Source: Chrysochromulina tobinii (Eukaryota). Taken from it: DNA of 36,574 nt. The translations under genes were made by a program, and so were the position numbers. The notes beneath the pieces were generated by a model. The model made no database searches. It was not told the origin of the DNA and saw only the letters and a program-made list of their open reading frames with translations. Below, piece after piece: positions 19,901-29,112 of this stretch. Within the stretch, counting starts at the first letter, position 1; every line of letters begins with the position of its first letter. The stretch is taken from assembly GCA_001275005.1 (NCBI GenBank), contig JWZX01002989.1, positions 1 to 36,574 of the forward strand. The letters are read 5' to 3'.

Positions 19901-22624
19901 GCGGCGCGCCTCGTGCTGCTTGGCGCGGGGCTCGCCGGCAAGACGTCGCTACAGCGCGGGCTGCGGCATGGGGCGGCGCGCCCAGCCAAGCTCGACGAAC
20001 GGACGATCCAGCTCGACATCCACACGCTACCCCTTGGCTCGGGCGCCGAGCAAGTCGTTCTCTCGATGTGGGATTTGGCCGGCCAGCCCGAGTACGCTGC
20101 CGGGCTGCAGCCGTACATTGTGCCGGGCTCCCTCTACCTGCTTGCCGTGCCCGCGCAGCTGTGCGCGGACGAGCACTACCCCGATGTGCTCGGCCGCTGG
20201 CTCGACTACCTTCAGGCAGGCGCGCCCGAGGCCGTGGTGCAGGCGGTGCTCACGCACTGCGACGAGCTGTTGCCCGAAGGGACTGCAGGCAAGGGGAACA
20301 TGTCAACGTCCGCGCTCGAGGAGGCATGCGAGCTCCAGGTGCGCTGGGTGAAGGAGAGCATGCGGCGGCACCAGGGCAACCTGCCCGCGGGCTCGAAGAG
20401 GCTGCTCATCCAGGACGCCGTGCCGTGCGTGTGCGCCGTCGCGGGCGGCGACGCTTCCCTCGCCAACCTGCGCTCACGCCTCGAGGCGATCGTGCTGGCG
20501 AAGCCGCCGCTGCTCCCTTGCATCGGAATGGCGATCCCGCGAACGTGGATCCTTGCGATGGGCTTCCTTCGCGCGCTTCGGGACGGTCGAGACCCTGTGG
20601 CCGTCGTCACGCAGAACTCGCAGCCGGAGGCATCGGCCGAGCGAGCCGTGCCGTACGTGCCGCTCGCGGATGCGATCCAGCTCTGGGTCGATGTGGTCGC
20701 CCCCAAGCTGCAGGTCGCGGCCGATGGCCAGGCGATCGAGGATACGCTCCAGGTCCTCGTCAATCAAGGCGAGTTCTTCGCGTCGAGCGGCATCATCTTC
20801 TTGCAGCCCGACTACGTGACGCGGCTACTCAAGCCGCTCGTCGACCATCGCGTCAACAAGGTGAACAAGGTGGCGGAGACGAGCCTTGGCGGGACGACGA
20901 TCCTTGGCTTCACTATCAAGGATCCCGTGCGCGTCGCGCTTCTCTCGTCGGCGGTGTCCACGTTTGTGGGCAAGGGCGACCTGCGCGAGGAGCTGTTGCC
21001 GTTGCTCTGGGAGCCTGTCGGCCTGCATGAGGACGACTACGGCTCAGTCCTCATGATGCTGTGCGCGAGCGGCGTCCTCTTCCTCGCCGAGCACACGCAG
21101 CAGGGGCGCAAGTGGATCATGCCGATGCGCTTGCCCGAGACACAGCCAGCAGAGCAGCTCGCCAAGTGGCATCGTCTGCGCACGTCCCCCGGCATCGAGC
21201 AGCTCGGCGTCGTGTACCCGCTCGGCGCCCTCGCCCCCCCGGGCATCGCCGAGCGGCTCATGTCGCACCTGTACGGGTTCGGCAAGTACCACGCGTTCTG
21301 GAAGGGCGGCACCCTCATCGAGACGCGTGTGCACAATGCGCTGCTGCTCGTCGAGCTGCGCACAAGGGACGGTGGCCAGGACTCGAGAGAAAGGCACCAG
21401 GATTTACACGAGCTCGTCCTCGAGCTGCGCGGGCCCAAAGCCCAGCGGAGCGACCTGTTCGCGCTGATCCTCAACGTGCGCAAGCGGACAGAGGTGCTGC
21501 TGCACGACTTTCCTGGGCTGCTCATCGCGGGCAAGCTCTCGTGCCCGGGGTGCGTCTTTGACGCGAAGCACTCGTTCGACCCGTCGCGCTGGGCCCTCGA
21601 TGAGGTCACTAGCCGTCCGCAGACCTGCCGCAAGTGCTCCGAGAACGTCTCCCTCGAAGGCGTCAAGATCAGCCAGATCGACGAGATGGGGGGAGGTGCG
21701 GAGGAGATTTCGCTCGCGCTGCCCTCGCGCGAGGGGATGAGCGTTATGAATGAGAACAAGTACGTGGGGGAGCTGCTCCGGCTCGGAACCCCAATTGAGG
21801 CGAGACAAGGGATCCACCGGTCTCTCAACGTGTCCGGCAAGCTGCTCTGGGAACGCTTCTCTGAGGGCGAGGAAGCCATCCTCAATGAATTCATGCAGAA
21901 CATTTCGCAGGAGCGTGATGCGATGGGCTGGTCGGACGGCGACTGGCTCCACTACGTCCTCTCGCAGACCGCCGACGAGCGCACGCTGCCTGTGGGCTAC
22001 TCGTCGACCAAACTCGATAAGGGGCACAAGGGCATGGCGCTCGACGACTTTTGCAAGCACCCGATCGCGGTGGGCGCGCGCCTCGACCGCGCCCACGTGC
22101 TCGCGCTGCGACTCTACTCCACCTCGGTCTTCCGATCGATCAACCGGCCGCTTCGCGAGGCGCGTAAGCATCCGTACCCCGCGCTCGTCTCACGCCTCGT
22201 CGACGGCATCGTCAGGCTGCGCGCGTACCAGTCTCAGAGTGATGTTCAGCGCACCTACGAGTTCTGGCGCGGGATGCGGGTCGAGGCGAGTGATGAGTTC
22301 TTCGCGCGCGGCACGACCGAGCTCGCCTTCTCGCCCACAATGCGCACTGAGCGCAAGGTGGCCGAGAGCATGGTCACGAAAGATGGCGCGAACGCGTCCG
22401 TGCTCATTCGGCTCCAGCTGACCATGAAGGAGGCGGGTGCCGATATTTCGTGGCTGAGCGTCTTCCCCGGAGAAGGAGAGTTCCTCTTCCCTCCGGGCAC
22501 GTACGTGGAGCCAAAGCCCTCGCGTGGAGCGACGATCCCTGGCGCGGTCCGCGTCATCGACGGCTTGGTGCACGTCAAGGAGCACCGAATCGAGCAGCTC
22601 GCACCGCGCGAGGCCTCCCCATGA
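10937..22624 (+). CDS. Giant multidomain NLR/ROCO protein (~3550 codons): disordered N-terminus, NACHT-type NTPase with RelA/SpoT-like insertion, RI-like LRRs, typical LRRs, Roc GTPase, COR, CxxC pair and ART-like domain. Exons 10937-12169, 12262-12832, 12980-13200, 13325-13744, 13889-15487, 15639-16334, 16529-18357, 18543-22624, with one apparent +1 frameshift at 18954-18957
   Basis: All seven proposed GT-AG introns join successive ORFs in frame. NACHT motifs: GPGTGTT (Walker A variant), LVILVDGVDE, LLVTSRPEG, VPVLLSM, RLELY, YQFKHLSFQE. LRRs: LxxLDLSxN, LxLxxNQLxxLPxSIGxL. Roc: GAGLAGKTSL, WDLAGQ, VLTHCD. ART-like: LALRLYST, FWRG, GADISWLSVFPGEGEFLFPPGTY. The start codon is uncertain. Confidence 0.75.
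12170..12261 (+). other. Intron 1 of the giant gene (GT-AG)
   Basis: gag|GTGCGT ... catCAG|gtg. Phase 0; contains an in-frame stop and ctgatggcc repeats. Confidence 0.8.
12833..12979 (+). other. Intron 2 of the giant gene (GT-AG, stop-free, contains a 60-bp tandem duplication)
   Basis: atag|GTGTGC ... ttgaCAG|at. Phase 1, giving WGGPIDPKEG. The duplication 12871-12930 / 12931-12990 provides two candidate acceptors (12919 and 12979). Confidence 0.6.
13201..13324 (+). other. Intron 3 of the giant gene (GT-AG)
   Basis: cag|GTGCGC ... cggCAG|gtg. Phase 0. Confidence 0.8.
13745..13888 (+). other. Intron 4 of the giant gene (GT-AG)
   Basis: gag|GTGCGT ... tggCAG|gtg. Phase 0; poly-C tracts near the 3' end. 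Confidence 0.8.
15488..15638 (+). other. Intron 5 of the giant gene (GT-AG)
   Basis: cag|GTGGCG ... gtgtgCAG|gcg. Phase 0; tgatcgcct/tgatggcct repeats. Confidence 0.8.
16335..16528 (+). other. Intron 6 of the giant gene (GT-AG) with an internal AG|GT at 16411/16412
   Basis: cag|GTGCGT ... gagCAG|aac. Phase 0; ctgattgcct and tgatggcct arrays. Confidence 0.75.
18358..18542 (+). other. Intron 7 of the giant gene (GT-AG) with ctgatgccca decamer array
   Basis: aa|GTGCGT ... catCAG|g. Phase 2, yielding DDCKCRLGQIRCDLF, which parallels the earlier FCECDSF and GFCDEL LRR-unit motifs. Confidence 0.85.
19900..21520 (+). other. Roc GTPase and COR domains of the giant gene
   Basis: G1 GAGLAGKTS, G2 T (RTI), G3 WDLAGQ and G4-like THCD, followed by COR-type motifs (IPRTW, IFLQPDYVTRLLKPLVDH, PPGIAERLM, FWKGG). 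Confidence 0.85.
21940..22575 (+). other. C-terminal mono-ADP-ribosyltransferase-like (R-S-E clade) domain of the giant gene
   Basis: ALRLYST..FRSINRPLR, FWRGM, TELAFS, GADISWLSVFPGEGEFLFPP. The ExE motif is retained; the STS/STT motif is atypical. Confidence 0.7.
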
Positions 22625-23500
22625 ACGGTAAGTGAACGGGGCCATCCTGAAGATCATCCTGACGGGAAGGGGGAGCATGCAGGCCCTCTTCTGTGAAAGA
22701 AGACGCCGAGGGCCTGAGCAGCCGCCACGCGGTGACTGATTCGTACTGTCGAAAGCGTCGTAGGGATCCTACGTACGTACGTCGTGTCATCAACATGTTA
22801 TCATCATGTACGCATGCATGCGCCAACATTGGGGCATATCGGTTGGGGTTGTCGCGCATCGCATGGTGAGGCGCCTCCCCTGCGGAAGAGGAGGGCCGTG
22901 AGAATCGGGCCAGCGCTAGCCGCCGTAAGCCGCCGGGCCTATCGCCGGATAGGGGATCATGTCCCGGAAAACGCGAAATTGGCATGGAAACCGGTGTCGT
23001 ATCGTTTTAAGGGTCCGGATTTTTGTTGGCTCGCGCGATCGGCGGCCGCCCTCTCAGGTCCGTCATAGCGGCATATCATGGGCGTGGACCGCGTGGTGCT
23101 CCGTGCTCGGGAACGTGGTGGCTGGTGCCCCCCCCCCCCCCCAGGTGGGTGATGGCGCTGGGCGGCGCGAGCCAACAATGCTCAATGGTGGCGGTGACAC
23201 GTCGATCACCATCAGCGGCACGAGGCTCTCCGATCTGAACAGCATCGCCGGGCGCCAAAACGCGCGACGAGCTTCGCCGGCACTGCGACGCGATCCTCGA
23301 AAACTACGCGGCATTGGCGCTGGCGCATCCGCATCATAGATTCCTGTGCAGACTAGCAGCTCGAGACTAAGCAGCGCAGCAGCAACCTTCGCCCTGTGCA
23401 GCTCAGCAAAGCGTTGGCAGCTCCCTTGGGAGATTCATGTCCCTCGTGCAGGCCGTCGCCGTCCCCTCCCTGGCCGCCGCTGCCAACGCTGCCGGCGCAT

Positions 23501-24859
23501 CTAAGGCGAGTCGACCGCCGCGAAGAGCGATTTGGCCTTAGCAGTGTAATGCGCGGCGTCCAGATGCTGCGCGTGCAGCATCCGGCACATGTGCTGCAGC
23601 AAATTGCGCTGGATCACCACGTATTGGGCGAGGCGCGTGACCTGCTCCGTGCTCATGATGGGACCCCGGGTTGCATTTGCCTGAGCTGCGAGTATCTCAG
23701 CCAGTAAGGCCAGGTCTATCCCCTGCCTTTCTAGTTGCTCATCCACTTCCGTGTGCGTCGGTAGCTGCGTGAGAGTCGCCTGATACTGCTCGCTCAGGAT
23801 TGAGCATGCAAAGTTCGGCGACTTCACCACACATGGTGGGGGCGGCTTAGCCGCAGCGCGCAGGTGGAGCGCGGCGACCGGCGTAAGGAAGGCGAGCTCG
23901 GAAGTTGCGGGAAAGGTGATGGTTGTCTTTGGGGCAGGGGAGGAGGCAGATTTTTCCATGTTGGTGCCGGAAGGAGGAGATGTGGGCGAGGCTAGGGACG
24001 CCGTTGCAGCCACGAACGTCCGAATAGGGCTCGCTTGCACACGCTCCAGCTGCCGCCACTCCGACGCAGCCTTGGCCGATGCCTTCAGATCGTGCGTCAC
24101 CTCCGGAAGTTGGCTCATCGGTAGCGGCGGCCCGTCCTTGGCCTCGGTTAAGATCTGTACGCTTGTGGCCTCGGTTGAGGTCTGTACGCGAACAAGCGAC
24201 GAGTCTCCGACAGATCGCCAGCTCGTGCCAAGCAGCTCAATATAAGAGTGCGCAGGCAGATTGTCGACGTCACTGTCGATGTCAGCGGCGTCAGCTTCCC
24301 GCCAGCCGGCGACTTGTGCGAGGTCATTCTTGTCAATGCCGTCTTGTGGGGAGAAAATGGAGGGATGAAGACCATTGGTGGCGGCCGGAGCCTCAAGAGA
24401 TGGCGACGACAGCGACGTCTCGCCGTTCGTCTCGAGAACATCCAGAAAGTCTTCCAGCATCACGAGCTGCTTTTCGGCCGACTGCCCCACTGCCTCACGG
24501 CAACAATGGGCGGCCCGGTACTTTTGCAGGTGCGAATTTATTCTTTTGCGCGTGTGGACGTCGCTCTCCGAATCAACGCCCATGAGCTGCCGGATGGCCT
24601 CTGGCTTTGCTGATTTCAAGCCAAGCCGCTGCACCGCATCTTCGAAGCGCCGGTGCAAGTCAGCGGTCCAAACGAAGCGGCTCGAGCGGCGGCGCTTTTC
24701 GTCCTGCTCGACCTCGTCACTGCTGCTGCCGTTGCCGTTGCCACTTCCATGAGTCCCAAGTTTGGAATGCAGCCCTCGCTTTGGGCGAGAGCTGGTGCGG
24801 CGACGAGCAGGATAACTTAAGCTGTCGCAATGGGCGGCGGCGGAGGACGAGGAGGACAT
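23501..24859 (-). CDS. GARP/SHAQKYF-class Myb-like transcription factor (~452 aa)
   Basis: RFVWTADLHRRFEDAVQRLGLKSAKPEAIRQLM...RKRINSHLQKYR at ~24515-24680. First ATG at 24859. Confidence 0.85.
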   Translation of the reverse strand: MSSSSSAAAHCDSLSYPARRRTSSRPKRGLHSKLGTHGSGNGNGSSSDEVEQDEKRRRSSRFVWTADLHRRFEDAVQRLGLKSAKPEAIRQLMGVDSESDVHTRKRINSHLQKYRAAHCCREAVGQSAEKQLVMLEDFLDVLETNGETSLSSPSLEAPAATNGLHPSIFSPQDGIDKNDLAQVAGWREADAADIDSDVDNLPAHSYIELLGTSWRSVGDSSLVRVQTSTEATSVQILTEAKDGPPLPMSQLPEVTHDLKASAKAASEWRQLERVQASPIRTFVAATASLASPTSPPSGTNMEKSASSPAPKTTITFPATSELAFLTPVAALHLRAAAKPPPPCVVKSPNFACSILSEQYQATLTQLPTHTEVDEQLERQGIDLALLAEILAAQANATRGPIMSTEQVTRLAQYVVIQRNLLQHMCRMLHAQHLDAAHYTAKAKSLFAAVDSP

Positions 24860-25203
24860 CCTCTCCACGTGTAGGAGCTGCGTGCGTCTCCAGATTGATC
24901 TGATAGCGTGCACCCAAGCTACTCCTGCGGCCGCAGCATCGCACTTCGCAACCCCAAAGGGGAACTCGGTCCCGACGGCGACGCTTGGCAGGCATAAGGA
25001 AAGTTATTTATGGATCGTGTTCCGGCAAATTCAGGTGTGGCGGGAACGCGGTAATCATAAAATATTATAATCGGGACTCAGCGTCCTCGATTACCCCGCG
25101 TCCTGATCTTGTGAATCGGAAACGTGCGCCTAGTCCCTAGTTCACTCAGTCTCAAGTCTGACACTCGCGCTGTTCCCGGCCACTGCGCACTGGCGCTGAC
25201 ATT

Positions 25204-26286
25204 CTACAATATTGCGGCGCTACGCTCGAGCATCGCCAACGCCTCGCGCCGCTCCCGGGCCCGCAGCCGAGCGGTGCGCACCGGCGCGTCCGAGAGCCGG
25301 AGCGCCGCCTCGAGCAGCGCCCGGCCCGCCGCCACGTGCGAGGCTGCCGCCGAGGCCGCGTCGACTGTAGCCTCCAGGGAGGTTTGGCTGGTAGGCACAT
25401 ATCTTGCTGCGATGGCGAGGTGTGTGCGGGCCGCGAGGAGCATGGCGGGAGGCGCGCGCACGGGCGCCGCTACCGCGTGTGCGCGGAGGGGCCCCAGCGC
25501 GTGCGCACGCGCCAGACGCTCGTGCAGCGCCAACGCGTTCGTCGACGCCCTGAGAGCACACGCCTCCCACTGTGCCAAAGCGGCTGGCTCCTTGGCACTC
25601 TGGGACTCTTTAGGAGGCTCCTCGATGAGGCTGGCGGCGGCGTCGGCGAGGAGGAGGCAGATACGGTAGCGAAGCCGGAGCACGGTCACCGAGCCCGAGG
25701 GAAGCGCGTCCAGAGCGACCAACGCTTGCTCCGCCGTCTCCACGCCGCGTATCCTCTCGCCATCGGCCACCAGCTGATTCGCGCGCTCGTGCAGACGTGC
25801 CGCGCGCCCGAGGCTCGCGCTAACGTGCAGGCCGCTCGCTGCGACGAGGCGGCGTGCATCGTTGACGCTCTGAATGCTGCAACGGAGCTTGGTGCCGCTC
25901 GCCGAGCTCACGGCGACATTGGGTCCAGCACCACACATTCCAAAGCACTCGCCGCCATAGACTGCACCCAGCGCTGGCGGGACGAGGTCCTCGATTGCGG
26001 AGAGCACGCGCTCAGCGCCGTTGCGCATGCACGAGAGCGAAGTGCAAACCTTGAACTCGGTGCGCGAGTGAACGCAAAGCTGCTGTCGCGGGCCGCAAAG
26101 CAGTGAGACGAGCCTCCGACGCTGCACAGACTGGATCGTGATGGCGGCGCAATTGCGCGCAGCGACGGATGCGGCTGCCGAGGCAATGCTCAGCTGCCTG
26201 TGCGTGGCCTTCCGATGGACCTTCAGCAGAAGCAAAGCTGCGATGAGCGCCGCGGCGGCGACGGCGACGGTCGCGACACCATGCAT
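25204..26286 (-). CDS. Protein with N-terminal hydrophobic anchor, IQ-like motif, thioredoxin-like [2Fe-2S] ferredoxin domain and helical (TPR-like) C-terminus
   Basis: VCTSLSCMRNGA...ECFGMCGAGPNV (Cx4C...Cx3C) matches the thioredoxin-like ferredoxin ligand pattern. AAITIQSVQRRR is IQ-like. ATG at 26286 (alternative 26352). Confidence 0.65.
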   Translation of the reverse strand: MHGVATVAVAAAALIAALLLLKVHRKATHRQLSIASAAASVAARNCAAITIQSVQRRRLVSLLCGPRQQLCVHSRTEFKVCTSLSCMRNGAERVLSAIEDLVPPALGAVYGGECFGMCGAGPNVAVSSASGTKLRCSIQSVNDARRLVAASGLHVSASLGRAARLHERANQLVADGERIRGVETAEQALVALDALPSGSVTVLRLRYRICLLLADAAASLIEEPPKESQSAKEPAALAQWEACALRASTNALALHERLARAHALGPLRAHAVAAPVRAPPAMLLAARTHLAIAARYVPTSQTSLEATVDAASAAASHVAAGRALLEAALRLSDAPVRTARLRARERREALAMLERSAAIL

Positions 26287-26441
26287 GCACAGAAAATGTT
26301 TTTTCTCAGCGCGAATGTGTGAATGCAAATCGCAGACGCCTTCGCTCAGCATCTGGTGGTTCAATGATTTGATCCACTACCGGTAAAAAGACACCGGGGG
26401 GAGGTAATCTTAATTAATAAGGTGGCGATCGCGGGCGCCAC

Positions 26442-27536
26442 ATGCCAATCCTGTTTTGTCGCGCCGACGACGAAGATGCGGACGACGACGACACGCTGCC
26501 GCGGCCGGCGCTGCCAGTGCCGGATGGCCCGGCAGTGGTCGATGAGAGCATTCCTCCCGCTGATGGCCTCGATTATCTCAAGCGCGTCCGCGCGCAGGCC
26601 GGCACGCTGCCAGACGTGATGAGGATCCCGAGCGAGCAGCAACGGCAGTGGAAGCAAGACTCTGGAGCCTCGCGCAACCCGGGCTCGAATTCTTCGCACC
26701 GTCAGTCGCTCATTGCTGCGCTGGAAGCCGCCGCCTCGGCGCCGCTGGCACCACCGCCGCCTTCGCTGCGACCGCGGGCAGCATTCCAGGAGCAGCTCCT
26801 TGCCGATGTTGCGGAGGTGCGCACGCGCTTGCTCCAGCTGCTTCCCGGATACAAGGGCGCCAAACCACCAGCGGCAGCATCGTGTCCTGATGCATCCGAC
26901 ACGGCGGCATGGGTCGCTTGGAGCCTCGGTGCCGCCAGCGCTGGTGCAGGCAGCAAGGGCAGCGGCGGCGGTGGCGATGGGCATGGTGGCCGTGGTGGCG
27001 GAAGTGGGCGAGCTTGGGCGCGCCCAGCGGCATCGGCGTGGCCGGAGGCGCAACTGCCGACACCGCAGCGCCTCGCTGCCCTCAACACGTCGCGAGCCAT
27101 CGGATTGCTTCGTGGTCTCCTTGTCGCACTCGACGCTGAGCGAGCGACGCTGCCGCCGCCGCTGAACAACCCGTCGCCGCCGACCGCCTCGTCGGCGGAG
27201 CCGGCGGTGCCAGCGCCGTGGGCGGCTGCCCTGGTGGAGGCGGAGGTTGCCCCCAGCGAGCCTCTCGCGCGCTGGGCTTTTGCAGCCTTGATGCGCCTCG
27301 AGAACGCCCACCACGATGCGGACACGGGCGCAGCGGTGCGCGCGCTGTACACGAGTTGCAGCGCCGTGCGCGCCGAGCTGGGCGCGGCTCTGCTGGCGAA
27401 TGGAGGAGCAGCGGCTTCTGCGTGGTCGGCGCTGCCGGCGCCGGCGGCGCGGCGTGTGGCGCGCCTCAACGTTCTCATCACGCTCAGCGGCGGCCTCTTC
27501 GGCCAAGCGCCTCGCGACGAGTGGATGGGCGACTGA
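26442..27536 (+). CDS. GEMIN2: Gemin2 / SMN-interacting protein 1 homologue (364 aa)
   Basis: RPALPV, PPADGLDYLKRVRAQAGTLPDV, WAFAALMRLE...ADTGAAVRAL...C and C-terminal LNVLITLSGGLFGQ are Gemin2/SIP1 hallmarks. Confidence 0.85.
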   Translation: MPILFCRADDEDADDDDTLPRPALPVPDGPAVVDESIPPADGLDYLKRVRAQAGTLPDVMRIPSEQQRQWKQDSGASRNPGSNSSHRQSLIAALEAAASAPLAPPPPSLRPRAAFQEQLLADVAEVRTRLLQLLPGYKGAKPPAAASCPDASDTAAWVAWSLGAASAGAGSKGSGGGGDGHGGRGGGSGRAWARPAASAWPEAQLPTPQRLAALNTSRAIGLLRGLLVALDAERATLPPPLNNPSPPTASSAEPAVPAPWAAALVEAEVAPSEPLARWAFAALMRLENAHHDADTGAAVRALYTSCSAVRAELGAALLANGGAAASAWSALPAPAARRVARLNVLITLSGGLFGQAPRDEWMGD

Positions 27537-27688
27537 TCTCCGTCAATCCGACTAACAGACTCTGATTCGTTCCTTAGTTGTATCCGAATGTGATATGTGT
27601 GATCGGTCGCACATGTAAGTATTGTAGTATTTGAGGTTGTATAATGTAATACATCGTATATTCGCCCTCGGTACGACTACGAGCGCAC

Positions 27689-28915
27689 CAGGGCATGGCT
27701 TGATTCACATGAGTTGAGTTGAGTTAAGAGTTAGTGTGTGATCTTGAGTCGTGAGTTAAGAGGTGCTGTGTGATCTTGAGTTTGAGTTACGAGGTCCTTT
27801 GTGATCTTGAGTTTTGAGTCGCAACTCAATTCGCCCCACACAACGAAACGGACCAATTGTTTCGGATGGCATGCCGATTACTTGCGAGGACCCGTAGTCC
27901 AGAGCGTGCGCGCGATCTCAACACATGCCGCCCCGAAAGCTTCCGAAAGCTAATACCCCCCTGAGTCAAAACTTATCCGCAAATTTCCGAAATAGGAACC
28001 TTGAAAAGGGTGTGCACAGTGTCGACGAACGCAATGGCGCATTTTTCTATAGGAAACGCGCACGACATCGCCTGCCCCGGTGCTGACGTAGCGGCCGACT
28101 CAGAAGAGGTCGCCCCCTGCGAATCCTCTCTGGTCGTCTCCCGTTCTCAGACATGGCTTCCCGCGCCTGCTCAAAGGCGGTAGGCGCGATGTACGCACGC
28201 GGCGCTGGTCCATCAACAGAGAGAGGGTCGGCCATTACCGCGAGCAAGCGGTCGCGTCGCCACGCGTACATTCACGCCGATGGTATCAGAGAATCATCAG
28301 GTCAATCATCGACATGCGCCCAGTGAGCACCCTCGCAATCGTTGTTTTACACCAGCATTCACTCCGATGCTCGGCCCGAGTGGCGGCGCACGCTTCGTGG
28401 ATGTTGAACTCGATATCGGCATGATGCGCTCTGTCCGTCGGGCGAAGAGGGACACTCCGGATCTGACCGCTCTTCGTAGGCCAACGTGGAGCAGATCTTC
28501 TCACGCGCCGGGGGGCTCACCGACCCGAACATCGACCAGGACTACCTTGCCACCCTCGTCGTGGTCCTGGTCGGCTGCAAGAAGAAGGCATTCAAGCCGA
28601 GCTGTGATGCCATTAATGCCAAGTACTACCAGCTCTTTCGTGGCAAGGGAGGGAAGGGACTTGAGGAGGACTGCGAGGAGGACAAGGAAGAGGCAGACGA
28701 AGCCCCGCGGCCTGGCGGGGGGAGCTCGGTGCAGCTGTCGTGACTCCACAAGAACGCAAGATCTTGAGTTGAGGATCTTGAGTTTTGAGTCACGAGGTGT
28801 TGTGTGATCTTGAGTTTGAGTTACAAGGTCCTTTGTGATCTTTGAGTTGAGTAACTCATACATGTGCCTGTGTGATCTTAACTCATGAGTTATTCCTGAA
28901 TCAAGCCATGCCCTG
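27689..28915 (+). mobile_element. Non-autonomous hAT-superfamily DNA transposon (1227 bp)
   Basis: Perfect 19-bp TIRs CAGGGCATGGCTTGATTCA (27689-27707 and 28897-28915). Perfect 8-bp TSD GAGCGCAC (27681-27688 and 28916-28923). Subterminal GTGATCTTGAGT arrays at both ends. Internal ANVEQIFSRAG remnant. Confidence 0.92.
28480..28743 (+). pseudogene. Remnant of hAT transposase C-terminal dimerisation region
   Basis: ANVEQIFSRAGGL resembles the hATC motif (S)xxxERxFSxAG. It is preceded by cttcgtAG (possible acceptor), ends in an acidic tail, and no upstream transposase ORF is present. Confidence 0.6.
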
Positions 28916-29112
28916 GAGCGCACCCCACGCCGGGATAGCCAGGAGGACAACAACGAGACCGCCTCGGTTCAACACGTCAATATCGCTCGACCCACGAGCC
29001 AGCAGCCACGAGGGCCCACTGGCAAGACTTGGCAAGACACTTTGTGCTGAACCTTTGCGGCGTCGGCGTCGTCGGGCGGCAAGCCCCGGTCACGTGTGGC
29101 AGCATCTGGCTC

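Noticed and set aside
22625..23500. Short ORFs and tacgtacgtacg palindromes between the giant gene and the Myb gene
   Set aside because: No recognisable domain or splice pattern; treated as convergent 3' intergenic DNA.
27708..27830. GAGTT/GTGATCTTGAGT arrays as CRISPR or telomeric repeats
   Set aside because: They are explained as hAT subterminal repeats lying inside the TIRs and TSD.
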